Positions 1 through 11,774 of a stretch of 64,000 nucleotides of DNA are shown one piece after another; positions within the stretch are counted from its first letter, which is position 1; each line of letters starts with the position of its first letter. The translations under genes were made by a program, and so were the position numbers. The stretch is from Octopus bimaculoides (Eukaryota): the NCBI RefSeq assembly GCF_001194135.2, contig NC_068981.1:140743938-140807937 (forward strand). The letters are read 5' to 3'. The notes below the pieces were generated by a model, which worked only from the letters and a program-made list of their open reading frames with translations, had not been told where the DNA came from and searched no databases.

Positions 1-526
1 AAAGACAATTGCTTCAATTTTAAGGCACAATATATTTATGTTCGATTTTAGATATATATCTAAAAGAATCGGCTACAAATATAATTATATCGATGCAGGA
101 TCAGTATTTGAGTCACCGAATTCGTTTCATTTTGGATATGTTTTGAAATTCGGTTCATATTTTTATAAGAAGGCTTTGAGAAAATGACTATTAGATACTC
201 ACCGTTAACAATAATAGACTTATTTTCTAACTGTTGGCATATGATCAGAGACACAAATGCTGCAATGTTGAATACATTGTCCACATTTCTCTAGGAATAG
301 GAGCATTTATCTGCAGAATTTCCTTTGGAAATATTTAAGGAAATTACACAATAAAATGTTTCGCATAATATACATGTAGCATCTAAACTTGCGTTCGGAA
401 GCTCTTCAAATTTCTGAGCAATCATACATGAATTTACCTGCTCAGCTAACATAAACATAAACATTATTACAACTCTATACACTAAAATATAATACTCTCA
501 CAAAAATGTGTAGATACATGACACGG

Positions 527-541
527 ATCTATTTATCTATC

Positions 542-620
<79 letters not shown>

Positions 621-661
621 ACATCCATCCATCCATCTATCTGTATGTCTCTGTCTATCTG

Positions 662-719
<58 letters not shown>

Positions 720-793
720 CATCTATCTATCTATCTATCTATCTATCAATCTATCTATCTATCAGTCTGTCTCTGTCTATCTATCTATCTATA

Positions 794-840
<47 letters not shown>

Positions 841-865
841 CTGTCTGTCTGTCTGTTTGTATGTA
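527..865. repeat. (TATC)n tetranucleotide microsatellite with (TCTG)/(TATG) variants
   Basis: Directly visible tandem tatc array; explains the 'IYLS' ORFs at 506-958 and 645-875. Confidence 0.97.
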
Positions 866-914
866 TGTATGTTAATCTGCCTGCCTACCTGTCAGTGTGT
901 TTCTTTCTCTCTCA

Positions 915-945
<31 letters not shown>

Positions 946-1454
946 AATATACATATAGACATCTACGTATATAGGTATGTGTCAGTATATATCATTATAT
1001 GCACGAGTGATTATATGTGTGTGCGTGTATATTCATATATATACATCAATAAGTACACAAACACACACATACATATAAAACAGAAAACTATGTGGTTATG
1101 CAGGTACGTATATGTACACGCCTGTGTATCAAGAAGTAGCGGTAAAAAAATATCACACGGATATATTAGAATCCATTTAATGTTTCTTTATCTGGCATAC
1201 CTGCTCCAAATTCTGTTTAATATCCTGGATGAGATTGCATTTTCTGTAATGGCATTGATTACGTTGTTTGCTGGGTTTGTCATACCCATTTATACGCGTA
1301 CTTTCTAAATATCGACTACTGTATCTGTTACATCTTAAACTTTTCTAACTTGACTCGCATATGGTGGTTTTTCTAAAAAAAATTATTAATTAAAGAAAAG
1401 ATCTTATACGTTGCAAAATCTGAGTAATAGGTTTTTAAACTTTACAGTATTAAC

Positions 1455-1650
1455 AATGGCTTCAAATTTTGGCACAAGGCCAGAAAGTCTATGGGTAGGC
1501 GTAATTCGATTACTTCGACGCAAGTGCGACTTTGAAGGGATAAAAGATGAAGTCGAGCTCGGCGGAATTTGAAGATGGACGAAATACCACTAGGTATTTT
1601 GCCCGGCGTGCTAACGTTTGGCCCGGCGCACTAACGATTCTGCCACTGCT
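1455..1650 (-). mobile_element. SINE family A (tRNA-derived), degenerate copy with small internal duplication
   Basis: Matches the copies at 40115, 41280, 44490 and 60045 (ggcacaaggcc...ggcggaatttgaa...cccggcgtgctaacg); tRNA-like A/B boxes are read on the minus strand. Confidence 0.85.
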
Positions 1651-1825
1651 TTAATAATAACGCCTACAATATCTCAAATATATATTACATTAAGTCATAT
1701 ATTACACCATGTATATATTTCTATGCCGGCTGTATAATTTTCAAATTTAAATGTCAATATGTTGTGTCTCGTCGACACTGCTATGTCCTTTGAAATCACT
1801 GTATATACCACTTTAGAAGGTGGAC

Positions 1826-2017
1826 TTATAACAATACAAATATAAATCGGAAACGACACGTAACAAACAATATCTGTTCTCAACAACTTCTACGATTGTC
1901 TTCGCAAATGCCTGCACATACTACACTGTTCTCTCACTGACAGTGTGCATCCGCCTTTATAGGGTTTAGGACAGTCGATTTGCTATCCCACAGGGGTGTT
2001 AGGATTTCACCACAACA
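1826..2017 (-). repeat. 3' LTR of the Gypsy element
   Basis: Aligns to 5591-5782 (about 85% identity by eye count); begins TGTTGTGG on the minus strand, right after the PPT. Confidence 0.88.
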
Positions 2018-2099
2018 TCTTCCCTTTTTGAGTTTTTTGTTGCAAGTCAATATTTAAAAAAAGTTTTATCTTTATTACCACCTCCCCAACTTTTGTTCA

Positions 2100-2825
2100 G
2101 TTACCTGAGAAAAAAATTGGAATATTCTTTTTGTTTTGTGTCTACTTGCAAAAGTTCTGTTTGCTTTCTTTTCCTAGTTGCTGTACTCGTTGGTTCGATT
2201 ATTCCTTGAGGTATCGGAACGTCAAAAATGTCATAAAGAAATTCCATTGACTCTTCAAGTTTTATTTTTATTGGTTTAGGTGTCTCTTGTGTTTCCACGT
2301 CGTATGACCCTTTACCATGTACGTTATTCTTCCTAAACGTTTACCCATTATACCTTCTTCCCAACTTTCATTTCCGTTTCTGTATATTTAAAGAAACCTT
2401 GTCACCGATTTTGAAGTATTTCATCTTATTTTCCGTGTTTCTCTCCTTTCTTTCTTTTCTTCCCGGTAGTAATTTGTCAAACACTGACCTGACTTCCTGG
2501 TGAACATTAGTTTGTCCGGCGATACACATCTGATGTAGAATTATGGTTAGGTGTTATTTGGTAGACACTTAAGAATTGCGTCAATGCAGTAGTAGTTCAT
2601 ATCTAGATTTTTTTCAGCGCTCTCTTAAACGTGTCTACGAAACGTTCCGCTAGTTCAATTCATCTCGGATGATATGGTGGAGTAGAAATATGCTGCATTG
2701 CATGAATCTTGCAAAAGTTTTTTTAACTCCTTTAACGTGAACTCTGTTCCGTTATCAGGTGCTACAGTCTCTGGGACACCATGTCGCGTAAACAGTTTGT
2801 CCAGAAATTCCATCGTTAAAAAAGG
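2100..2825 (-). pseudogene. Gypsy integrase core and C-terminal fragment
   Basis: Minus-strand translation gives ...LFTRHGVPETVAPDNGTEF...STPPYHPR*IELAERFVDTFKRALKK, with two acidic residues of the DDE core; stops present. Confidence 0.88.
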
Positions 2826-3310
2826 TTAAAACGTTCTTAATTTTTGACACATGTCTGATCAATACCATTTTACGCCGATTTTCAATAAGCTGTTTAGAGG
2901 TGCTCTTAGCTCATGCATGTTTGGTAATAAGTTCGCGATCTCTAAGAACGCTTGCAATGTTGTAATAATTTTCGGGGTAGGCATATTTTTTGTTGCTATC
3001 GATCTTGAAGGATTTGGCCTGCAACCATATGTTATCGATAACGTGCACAAGTTACTTAATTTCTGGCATGAAGTACTCACATTTTCCCTTGCTAACTTTG
3101 AATCCCTACTCCTTTATCTTCTCAAACAGCATTTTTACATGTTCCGCATGCTGGTCTCTAGACTCACTTTTATTAGTATGTCATTCAAACATGCTATAGC
3201 GAAATCTGTATCTGCAAGCACCGTGTCCATCAAATGTTGAAAAATACTAGGTGCCTGCATTATTTTGAAAGGAAGTTGACTGAATTTATATAAAACTTTC
3301 TGAGTGTTTA

Positions 3311-3378
3311 TCGGAGGCGTATTTACAGTTACAAGTCGAACATTCTTCCTCGACTTGTAACTGTAAATACGCCTCCGA
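3311..3378. repeat. Perfect 29-bp inverted repeat with a 10-nt loop inside RT
   Basis: tcggaggcgtatttacagttacaagtcga (3311-3339) and its exact reverse complement (3350-3378). Confidence 0.97.
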
Positions 3379-3462
3379 CAATTCCAATTTTGGGAAAAAT
3401 TATTCTTCATTGAACTCTATTGTAGTTCGCTTCAAGCATTTTGCATTGTTTGTCAAAAGATA

Positions 3463-3797
3463 AGGTGCCTTGAATGGTACAACAATGCACTATAATAATA
3501 ATAAACTATAATAACTGTTATAATTTAATAATCCATAGTCTGATCTTATATACTATTTGGGAATATAAAAATTCCTTCTTCATATAGCCTTAGGAATTGA
3601 TCGAGTCGCTGCTATAATCGGTTTTCCAACGATTAGAATACCGATCATAGCAGTGATTCGATCAATTCCTTGGGATATCTGAAGAAGGAATTTTTATATT
3701 CCCAAATAATATATCAGACTATGGATGATTAAATTATAACACTTATTATAGCCCATTGTTGTTATTATAGTGCATTGTTATGCCATTCAAGACGCAT
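3463..3797. mobile_element. Palindromic (foldback) MITE inserted in Gypsy RT, flanked by TA (Tc1/mariner-type)
   Basis: The left and right halves are reverse complements along most of the length (ccttgaatgg..aacaatgcactataata / tattatagtgcattgtt..ccattcaag; ttgggaatataaaaattccttcttca / tgaagaaggaatttttatattcccaa). TA at 3461-3462 and 3798-3799. Confidence 0.85.
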
Positions 3798-4239
3798 TAT
3801 TTGTTTCTTCATTGGGTTTCGCAAAAACATCCTTTGGGCTTGGTAATGGATAGTTGTATGTTCTTAAACATTCGTTCAAATAAGCTGAAAAATCCGCGCA
3901 TACTCGTATTTTCTTATTGTTTTTCTTTACATAAACAGTTGATGCAACCCATTCTGAATATTCAACTTTTTTTTATAACTCCCAGCTTTTCTAACCTATC
4001 TAATTCCTTGCGGACTTGATTAAATGCCGTGACAGGTATAATTCGCTTCGGTTTAAACACCAGTTCGACATTTTCTCTCACTTGAAATTTTACTTTTGTC
4101 TTGGTGCACCTAACCAATTTGTCCGAAAAAACACCAGGAAAAAATCTTTTACAATTTCTTTTTTAAATCTTCCGACACCATTTTTGAACTGGTGTTATAA
4201 CTGTTTACATTATTGCAAAATAATGGGGTTCCATTAATT

Positions 4240-4470
4240 AAACAATTCTATCCAGTCAATGCCAAAACGTTTCGTCGTATTTTTTTACACAAAATCTTTA
4301 GCCTTCAAAGTTTTCCCACGAAATGTTACCTCACTAATCATTTCGCCCCAAAATCCCCAAAATCCTCAGATCCCTCTCGCCATTTTTGCCGGGCTTCCTA
4401 TTTTTTCCATGTATCCTCGTTAATTATTGTGATGCTACTACCTGTGTCCAACTGTAATCTCGTATTGACA
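4240..4470 (-). pseudogene. Gypsy aspartic protease fragment
   Basis: RLQLDTGSSITIINEDTWKKIGSP on the minus strand (DTG active-site motif). Confidence 0.85.
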
Positions 4471-4589
4471 TTACTTTTATAGAGACAACTTTTCTTTTTC
4501 GTGCGTCGGTTTCCCTTTGTGTTGACTACATTTTTTCTCGAATCTTTTTCGTTCGACTATTTTTCTTTCACCTAACAATGTAAATTATT

Positions 4590-5578
4590 GTGTCCAATTT
4601 TCCCATATCCAAAACATTTTAGATTCTTTAAAAGATGATTTTTTTAAATGCATTTCTCCACATCCATAACATGGTTTGGGTCTTGACTGTTGATTTTCCT
4701 TTTTCGTATCTGTTACCGGTCGACACATGTATATTTGAATAATCTTTTTCAATTTGTTTCTGCGTCCTGTCGTAGATTTATAATTCTTTGGCATACTTCA
4801 GCCACTATTTGTAGGGTTAGTTTTGAATCCCGTTCAAGATTTGTAAATATTCAAGCCCTTATCTCTACATCTTTACTTGCCGTTAATCCTTGTACGAAGA
4901 TTAAACACTTGAACATGTCCGGGCTTAATTCGTAGAGTTTAAAATTTTCACATTCTATATTTGCGATTCAGGCATACGTGACGAAATCCTTATGTTTCTT
5001 TTTCTTTTTCAAATTCAAACACTCCCAGCGAATACTAAATAGTGATCTTCTTTCACTGAACATTTTAGATAATAGCTAAATTGTTTCCTCGAAACAACTT
5101 TCGGATAGTTTTCTCGGCAACATGTAAGTTTACAATTTTCATGTTTCGCTGGTGATAATTTCCTTAAAAGAAGATGTACCTTTTTTTGTCCGTCCAGCTT
5201 TTACACCTTGAAGATTCCTTGATACTTTCTGATGTATGCAGAAAACGTAATCTCTTCTGGATTATACGTAAATTCTTCAATTGAATTCTCAATCGCGTCT
5301 GCCAAAGACGAACCTGAAGTGTTTTTTGACTGCAACGATAATTCCAACAACTGTTGATATGGTTGTTGTCGTTGTAGTTGCTGTTGAACCTGTTCTTGCT
5401 GTTTGTATTGTTCTTGCTGTTTCTGCTGTAGTTGTCGTTGCAACTGCTGCTGCTCTTGTTGTTGCTGTAATTGCCGTTGCAACTGAGCCACGGAAGCTAA
5501 TAAGTCTTCCATGCTCAGAACGTCCACTTTGAGCTTCGAATGTCTCGTGAACACTGTTATGACCTTCTCTGAACTCAC
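4590..5578 (-). pseudogene. Gypsy gag with poly-Q tract and a decayed zinc-knuckle-like end
   Basis: ORF 5201-5578 (SIEEFTYNPEEITFSAY...) continues through frameshifts to FKCLIFVQGL...ARILT.LEQDSKLTLQ and CYGCGEMH. Confidence 0.85.
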
Positions 5579-5590
5579 TGTCTTAAAAGG

Positions 5591-5782
5591 TTATAACAAT
5601 ACAAATATAAATCACGGACAACACGTAACAAACAATATCACTTCTCAATGATTTCTACGAATGTCTTCACAAAGTACCTGAGCACACGATATTGTTCTCT
5701 CACTGACAGTGTGCATGCGCCTTTATACGGTTTAGGACAGTTGACTTGCTATCCCACAGGGGTCTCAGGATTTGACCACAAC
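5591..5782 (-). repeat. 5' LTR of the Gypsy element
   Basis: Direct repeat of 1826-2017; followed on the minus strand by a degenerate PBS-like segment (ttaagacagtgag) and then gag. Confidence 0.88.
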
Positions 5783-6179
5783 GTAATATATGTGCACAGA
5801 CCAACTTTCTATTTCAGATTCTTACACTTTATATTTCATAACAATGCATGGCAATAGCATTATCTATCCCTTACATGTCAGTAGGAATATTATCCTCAAT
5901 AATTTCTTAGTTGTGTAACTCTGTTTATGAAAGTGAATATATTTTCCCACCGTCACACGGCATGAAACACTATCTGTTCGACATTACATTACATTAGCGA
6001 GATAAATAAGAAAGGTGGGAGAAATTTTCTCGCATAGAATTGGCGAATGGTCCTGCATCGTTTAACAGTGGGAGTGTAGCAGTTCAACAGAATTATTTTA
6101 TCCCGAATCAAAGTGATATTTGGAGCGATTATCAGCTTGACTTACGTATGTGTGCATGTATGTATGTATTGTGTATGTG

Positions 6180-6217
<38 letters not shown>

Positions 6218-6227
6218 NNNNNNNNNN

Positions 6228-6261
<34 letters not shown>

Positions 6262-6299
6262 CCTTTCAATCTGTCTCTGCATTGTTATCTAGCTCTATA

Positions 6300-6830
6300 T
6301 AAATTGATGGTAGGGTCTGCTCAAATATGTGGAGTTTTGTCATGGAGGAAATGCCGGCTGTGTGCTTGCACCATTATTTCTGATTCCTTATTATAAATTG
6401 CAAAGTAGCTGAGAAATGCACTATATGCTCGCTAGAGATTAATGCTTGCCTTATTGGACCTATCTGGATTAAATTCTCAAAAAGATACAGTCATATGTCA
6501 CCGTGCAGAAATAATACATTAAAAAGGTGATATGATGCCAGTTATGCTGGCTAAATGTGCAATGCGTTGAGTCACTCCAGATGCAAATACTTTAGGTGTG
6601 GGGTGCAATGGAATCAGGAGTTATTCAATGTTGAAATGTGGGATATGTGGAAAGAGAGTGTCTGGAATACTTACGAGGAACTCAACAAGCGTCATTTCAC
6701 AGCTGGGACTGTCTAAATATGACTCCTTAGGAGGAGACATCAACTGTCCAAAAAAAGTCCTGACTGTTGTGAGTTAATATTGCTGAGTCCAAATGTATGA
6801 AACAACATGAAGAAATGTTATGGAAAAGAA
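6300..6830 (+). mobile_element. Possible highly decayed LINE fragment
   Basis: GC-richer than the flanks; short Cys-containing pieces (LKCGICGKRVSG) reminiscent of RTE-type ORFs; many stops. Weak. Confidence 0.2.
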
Positions 6831-7984
6831 GACAACTTCATTGCGTACAAAATGAAAAATTTGATTAGCCTACGATAAAATTTCAATTATATTTCCTGCT
6901 CCGTTTGCGTCGACTAAGTTGGACTATATGCCATATACTGAACAAAGAACCGTTATGTATTCCGTACTGCACTTCCCTATTAAAAGCATGTCAACCACAT
7001 CTCTCACCAACCTTTCCTTTTATAAGCAACTCTGACAAATTACCTGTTAACTTTCTAATTCACCTGGCATATCCAAAAGAATTTCTACAGCTTCCAATAC
7101 CGATAATTCCAGCAATTCTCTCCGTTCTGAACTTTAATATTGACTTTAATTATGGAAATTACGTACAATCATCGCATTGTATTGTACCAGAGACACTTCT
7201 TCTCCATCAAATTTTGAAATCAATAGAAAGTACTAACAGTTTATTAATAGCTGATATAATCACGCTCACGCGGCTGTTATGGTAAATTAGATTGAACAAA
7301 TAAGTCGAATGATTGATAACAAGGTGAAATTGGGATGAGATATTAATTAATCATAAACTTTGGAACATGATTCAATATTCAGAATTCTTCTAGCGTAATA
7401 CTGGAGCAATCTTTGTGAAATTATTGTATGAATATTCTGGGTAGTTTTGAGTTCCAATATCGTGTAAGCTATTTTCTGATATTCATAAGAGGGTTAAATA
7501 TAAGTTTTTATATACATTTATGGAGACGTCAGTTTAAGGCAATTCTAGATTGAACAAATATAACAAGCTTGTTCAACACTGTGAAGTATCTTAGGAATGT
7601 TACAAAAGTTTCACCTCACATACACATAATTTCTTAGGCAAACAGAGTTAACAAATGAATTGGAGCTTCGGCTTAAAAGTGAAAGCTTGTGACAAAGGGT
7701 GCGCCATTGATGCTACTTGAGAACAAGTTAAGTTTAAAATGCTCAAATAAAGAAAGAATTTAATTCCTGGAAGTTATGCAGGCGTTGGAAGTTCTTAAGT
7801 TCCGTGCGAGATATAGTTCTTCAAGAGAACTTACCGAATACCATTTTGATTCGCTAACGGGTCAGAAGGGCCACCTCAAGCTCCCGCTTTTAATTTAATT
7901 TCTGGTTCTCGTGGTTTTATTATTATAAACGTCATAAAATCCATACACTCGTGCGTATGGGTGTGTCGTTGGTGTGTCGATGTG

Positions 7985-8210
7985 TGGCTGTGTGGGTGTC
8001 CGTGTGTGTCATTCCATCTGTGTGTGCCCCACATTTCTGCTTGACCACCGGTGTTGATCTTTTAGTCCTTGGAATTTAGAGAGTGAGAAAATGAGATCAA
8101 TATGATTTAGCAGGCATGAGAAAATGCATACAGCGGACGATTCTTTCGACTAAAATATTCAAGGCGGTGCCCCAGCATGGTCGTAGTCTAATGACTGAAA
8201 TAAGTATATG
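7985..8210 (+). mobile_element. SINE family C (body and 3' tail: cgcttgac..ggtgttg...ggcggtgccccagcatgg...aatgactgaaa)
   Basis: Homologous to 26735-26950, 34785-34865 (minus) and the tail at 16478-16530. Confidence 0.75.
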
Positions 8211-8439
8211 AGAAAAGGATAATTTCGATGTTTCGATGTAGAGAACATGTCGAGCATGCTCCATCTCATATGTTTATAGGCGCAGGCGTAGCTTACTTCC
8301 GTATATCCAGAGTTCATCTGTTTTTTTGATTTTGTACGAGACAGACAGGTGTTTTTTTTTTTTTGGCTGTGCGACGTTTTTCCTCTTGTGATAGAGGGAC
8401 GTCGAATAACACGTTGTGAAGGCGTGAGTTGTTCTGTTT

Positions 8440-8780
8440 CGAGTTTTGAAGGCTGCCCCTCCTCGGAGTATATGTCGTCGTCGGAGGAATTGGTCAATTA
8501 CTTAAAGAAAATTGATAAGGATATAGAAAAGAAGAATTATCCAGCGGCGGCGAGAGAAGAAGGAATTTAAGAAGTAAACCAGGCAGAGCTGAGCAGGTTC
8601 AAGGAAATGCTTGAAAGAAAGGGGAACGACGTGAAAATATTCCCCCCGCAAAGAAGTGTTAAAGGTGAAGAACGAGAAAACTGTAACTTATAGAACATAC
8701 TCGATATCAGCCGGGAAGATTGAAGTCATGTCAACGACACAAGTGGAAAGAGCGTTCCAACCAATTAAAAGAATAAAAGA
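8440..8780 (+). pseudogene. Possible LINE ORF1-like fragment
   Basis: Near-contiguous charged peptide MSSSEELVNYLKKIDKDIEKK...*...KVKNEKTVTYRTYSISAGKIEVMSTTQVERAFQPI with one stop and one frameshift; the ORF1 identity is inference. Confidence 0.35.
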
Positions 8781-8925
8781 ATATGTGTGTGTGAGTGTAT
8801 ATGTGTGTGTGTGTATATATATGCATTTTTATATACATATGTGTGCATATATATACGTATATATATGTATGCGTATGTATACATGTGTGTATGGGTATCT
8901 GTATGTCTGTATATATATATATATA

Positions 8926-9058
8926 TAGTTTTAGGGAAAATAACCAATTTTCAAGAACTCATCGATGAAAATCCACTATCACAAATTTAATTTTAATTTT
9001 TTATAAATTGATTTTAATTGAGTTTTTTACCTGTAATTTTGGATTCTGTCCCTAATAT
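8926..9058. mobile_element. Dispersed 'ttagggacaaaatcc' repeat, rearranged copy
   Basis: Near-identical to parts of 11169-11284 and 56626-56822, but the two halves are in opposite orientation. Confidence 0.85.
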
Positions 9059-9199
9059 TATTATATATATATATATATATATTATTTATATTTATATATC
9101 TCAGTCGTCTTGACTACTGTCCCCAACTGTGCTCGCCACAGAGTGCAAACCTAATAGTGGAACTAGAAGCGATGCTATGCCACTTCACAAAGAATATAA

Positions 9200-9700
9200 A
9201 CTCAGTAAAACACATGGGCTACTGGTAGGGATTGAGGGAACTGCGACTCCACTCCATGAGAGAACTGCGACTCTACTCCCTGGAGAGCGATATACAGTGT
9301 TCTACATGTAGAAAGTAATGGAGAGTCTGGCTCCAAATTTCGGAATTGAAATCTACAACTGGACGGCAATGCAGAGTACCAAAATTCCCATATTCTCCAT
9401 AGAGGACACGAACCCAATATTGTAATAGTTTGGAATTCAAGAGACCTCAACTTTTTAAAGTCCTACCATAGAACTTCCGGGATCTGCAAGCTGTACACAT
9501 GGAAGTCTTCAAAAAATTTCTAGACAGTTTTCATCTGCGATTCCGGATGAACCTACGTAGCGGCAGGAGGCACAAAGAAGAGCGGCAACGTTCAACTCTC
9601 TACTTCACCAGAAGCAATACTGGGAAAATCACCGGACGCAGTAAAGTCGGCGCACCAGCATGGCCTCAGCCTCTGTTTGAAACTCATAAAAATAGAAGAT
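9200..9700 (+). mobile_element. 5'-truncated CR1/L2-group LINE 3' end
   Basis: Frameshifted translation ...LERYT.FYM.KVMESLAPNFGIEIYNW...QYCNSL.FK.PQLF..LP..LRDLQ.VH.EVFKK.LDSF...IPDEP..RQEAQRRAATFNSL, typical of CR1-like RT C-termini; followed by a 3' tail. Confidence 0.75.
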
Positions 9701-10492
9701 ACAAGTTATATATATATGTGTGTGTGTATGTGTGTGTGTGCGTGTGGGAGTGTTTATTTATGTATATCTCTAACCATATGAGTTTAACAAAATATTTCTA
9801 AACGTAATGAACGTAAAAATAACATGAGAAGAATCTTGTAGTGGGAAATAATTAAATTGGAAAAGCTGATAGGAAATCAAAATAAATCGATAAACAAATA
9901 ATAGGAAAAGTGCAATGATGCTAGTTATGTAAAGAAGTAATTTAAAGTAAAATTGCATGATGCGAATAAACTTAAATAAAGGAAATCACCAGCTAATTAG
10001 TGCTACTTCAATTAGTTTGAATAGGGTATAGACCTAAAGTGCTTAATAAAAAGACTGAATACTAAAGTAGTATTCTAGGGAGCACAGTAAAAATCTATTT
10101 ATAGGAGCAACATTGTTTATAATTGCAAAAATTCGTAGCATGAATATAAATGATTGAATGGGAGAAGCATAGTAAATATTTGGACGATATATGAATTTGG
10201 TGTGGAAGTTGAAATTTGTATGCTAAGGTAAATTAATACGGCAAAAGATCGGATTAATTTTCTGATGTGTTGAGAATGATTTAGACGCTTTTAATAAGAA
10301 ATGTTCACGGTTAATCTGCTGATGTGTTTGAATAACTGAGAGATGTGTTGAGTAAATAAGTGAAAAAAATAAATATCTCAACGACTGCATGCATAGAATG
10401 AATATTATAAGCCGTAACTTCGAAGATTGTCGGAGCCAATCAGACAGAAAATATTTTATTGATATGCCTTCTATATAATGGAAGCAATTGTT

Positions 10493-10502
10493 GCACACAC
10501 AC

Positions 10503-10540
<38 letters not shown>

Positions 10541-10550
10541 NNNNNNNNNN

Positions 10551-10589
<39 letters not shown>

Positions 10590-10670
10590 CTCACTCTCTC
10601 TCTCTTTCTCACACACACACATATCCACTCACTCTCTCTCTCTCCCCCACACACACACGCGCGTACACAC
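10493..10670. repeat. (CA)n/(CT)n microsatellite with a 10-N gap
   Basis: Directly visible. Confidence 0.95.
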
Positions 10671-11136
10671 ACAGAATTTCATGCATGAGCAGAAATACAA
10701 GTATATGTCGGATCATCACTGAATAAATATAACGAATTCCTTGCTCCCTAATGCACTTAATGCATGTTATGATACAGAATAGCCATATTTTATAATCGAT
10801 ATTTTTTTCCATTGCTGTTTTCAGCAGTAGAATAAATAGTGAAATAAAATTAAATTAGTCTTGCAGCAACGACTAAACTAATGTTTGCTACTAATAAATT
10901 TAATACAAATTTATCATCACAGGCATTTCTGTACGTTCGATAAAATTATGGTTACACGTTACAGTTGAATAATAGCAAAGGTTTGGTACATATTACATAA
11001 TGAGCGTATTTAGATGTTATATAAATTGTAAAAAAATTCCCTGGATAAATTACACAGATGCAAATACGTACACAAACACACATACACACGCACGCACTCA
11101 CGCACATACAGACACAGAGACACACACCCACACATT

Positions 11137-11167
<31 letters not shown>

Positions 11168-11168
11168 A

Positions 11169-11284
11169 TATTATTAGGGACAAAATCCAAAATTACAGGT
11201 AAAAAACTCAATTAAAATCAATTTATAAAAAATTAAATTGAGCCTTATAGATAAAGTATATATAAAATATATATAGTTTTAGGG
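11169..11284. mobile_element. Dispersed 'ttagggacaaaatcc' repeat copy, truncated by a gap
   Basis: Reverse complement of most of 56700-56815. Confidence 0.85.
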
Positions 11285-11469
11285 NNNNNNNNNNNNNNNN
11301 NNNNNNNNNNNNNNNNNNNNNNNNNNNNNNNNNNNNNNNNNNNNNNNNNNNNNNNNNNNNNNNNNNNNNNNNNNNNNNNNNNNNNNNNNNNNNNNNNNNN
11401 NNNNNNNNNNNNNNNNNNNNNNNNNNNNNNNNNNNNNNNNNNNNNNNNNNNNNNNNNNNNNNNNNNNNN

Positions 11470-11507
<38 letters not shown>

Positions 11508-11774
11508 TGAAAAAATTGGAATCAACTAGGAGTACGGTTAAATATTTATTTTCAATCACTACAAGTGTTTTCACGCAACATAGTTCTCCAGGCGTGCAGG
11601 TAATTAATTATGCAACCGTTTTCCTGCATTACTAGATCTAGTTGAATTACCTCAGGCGATATGTAAATATAGTCTCCGTAAATTCAAAATCTCTGGTTCA
11701 GTAGAATCCTGTCTGTCTGTTGTGGCCCGGATTTAGAAATAGCCACTGAGTTTATCAAATGTGTGTTGCTGCAG

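Larger units (their letters stand above)
2830..4130 (-). pseudogene. Gypsy reverse transcriptase, degenerate and interrupted by a MITE
   Basis: Motifs RLEKLGVIKKVEYSEW, KIRVCADFS, YPLPSPKDVFAK, LELSEAYLQ, INTQKVLYKFSQLPF, APSIFQHLMDTVLADTDFAIACLNDILI (YLDD decayed to CLND). Confidence 0.9.
1826..5782 (-). mobile_element. Decayed Ty3/Gypsy LTR retrotransposon with internal deletion (RNase H and integrase N-terminus missing)
   Basis: About 190-bp direct repeats at 1826-2017 and 5591-5782; polypurine tract aaaaagggaaga next to the TG start of the 3' LTR; gag-PR-RT-IN order on the minus strand with stops and frameshifts. Confidence 0.93.

Noticed and set aside
506-1308. ORFs rich in IYLS, HT, YI or CV dipeptides here and throughout the window
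   Set aside because: They are translations of (TATC)n, (CA)n, (TA)n and (TG)n microsatellites or of N gaps.
6905-7285. 126-aa plus ORF
   Set aside because: No ATG start, no splice or motif support; likely chance or decayed repeat.
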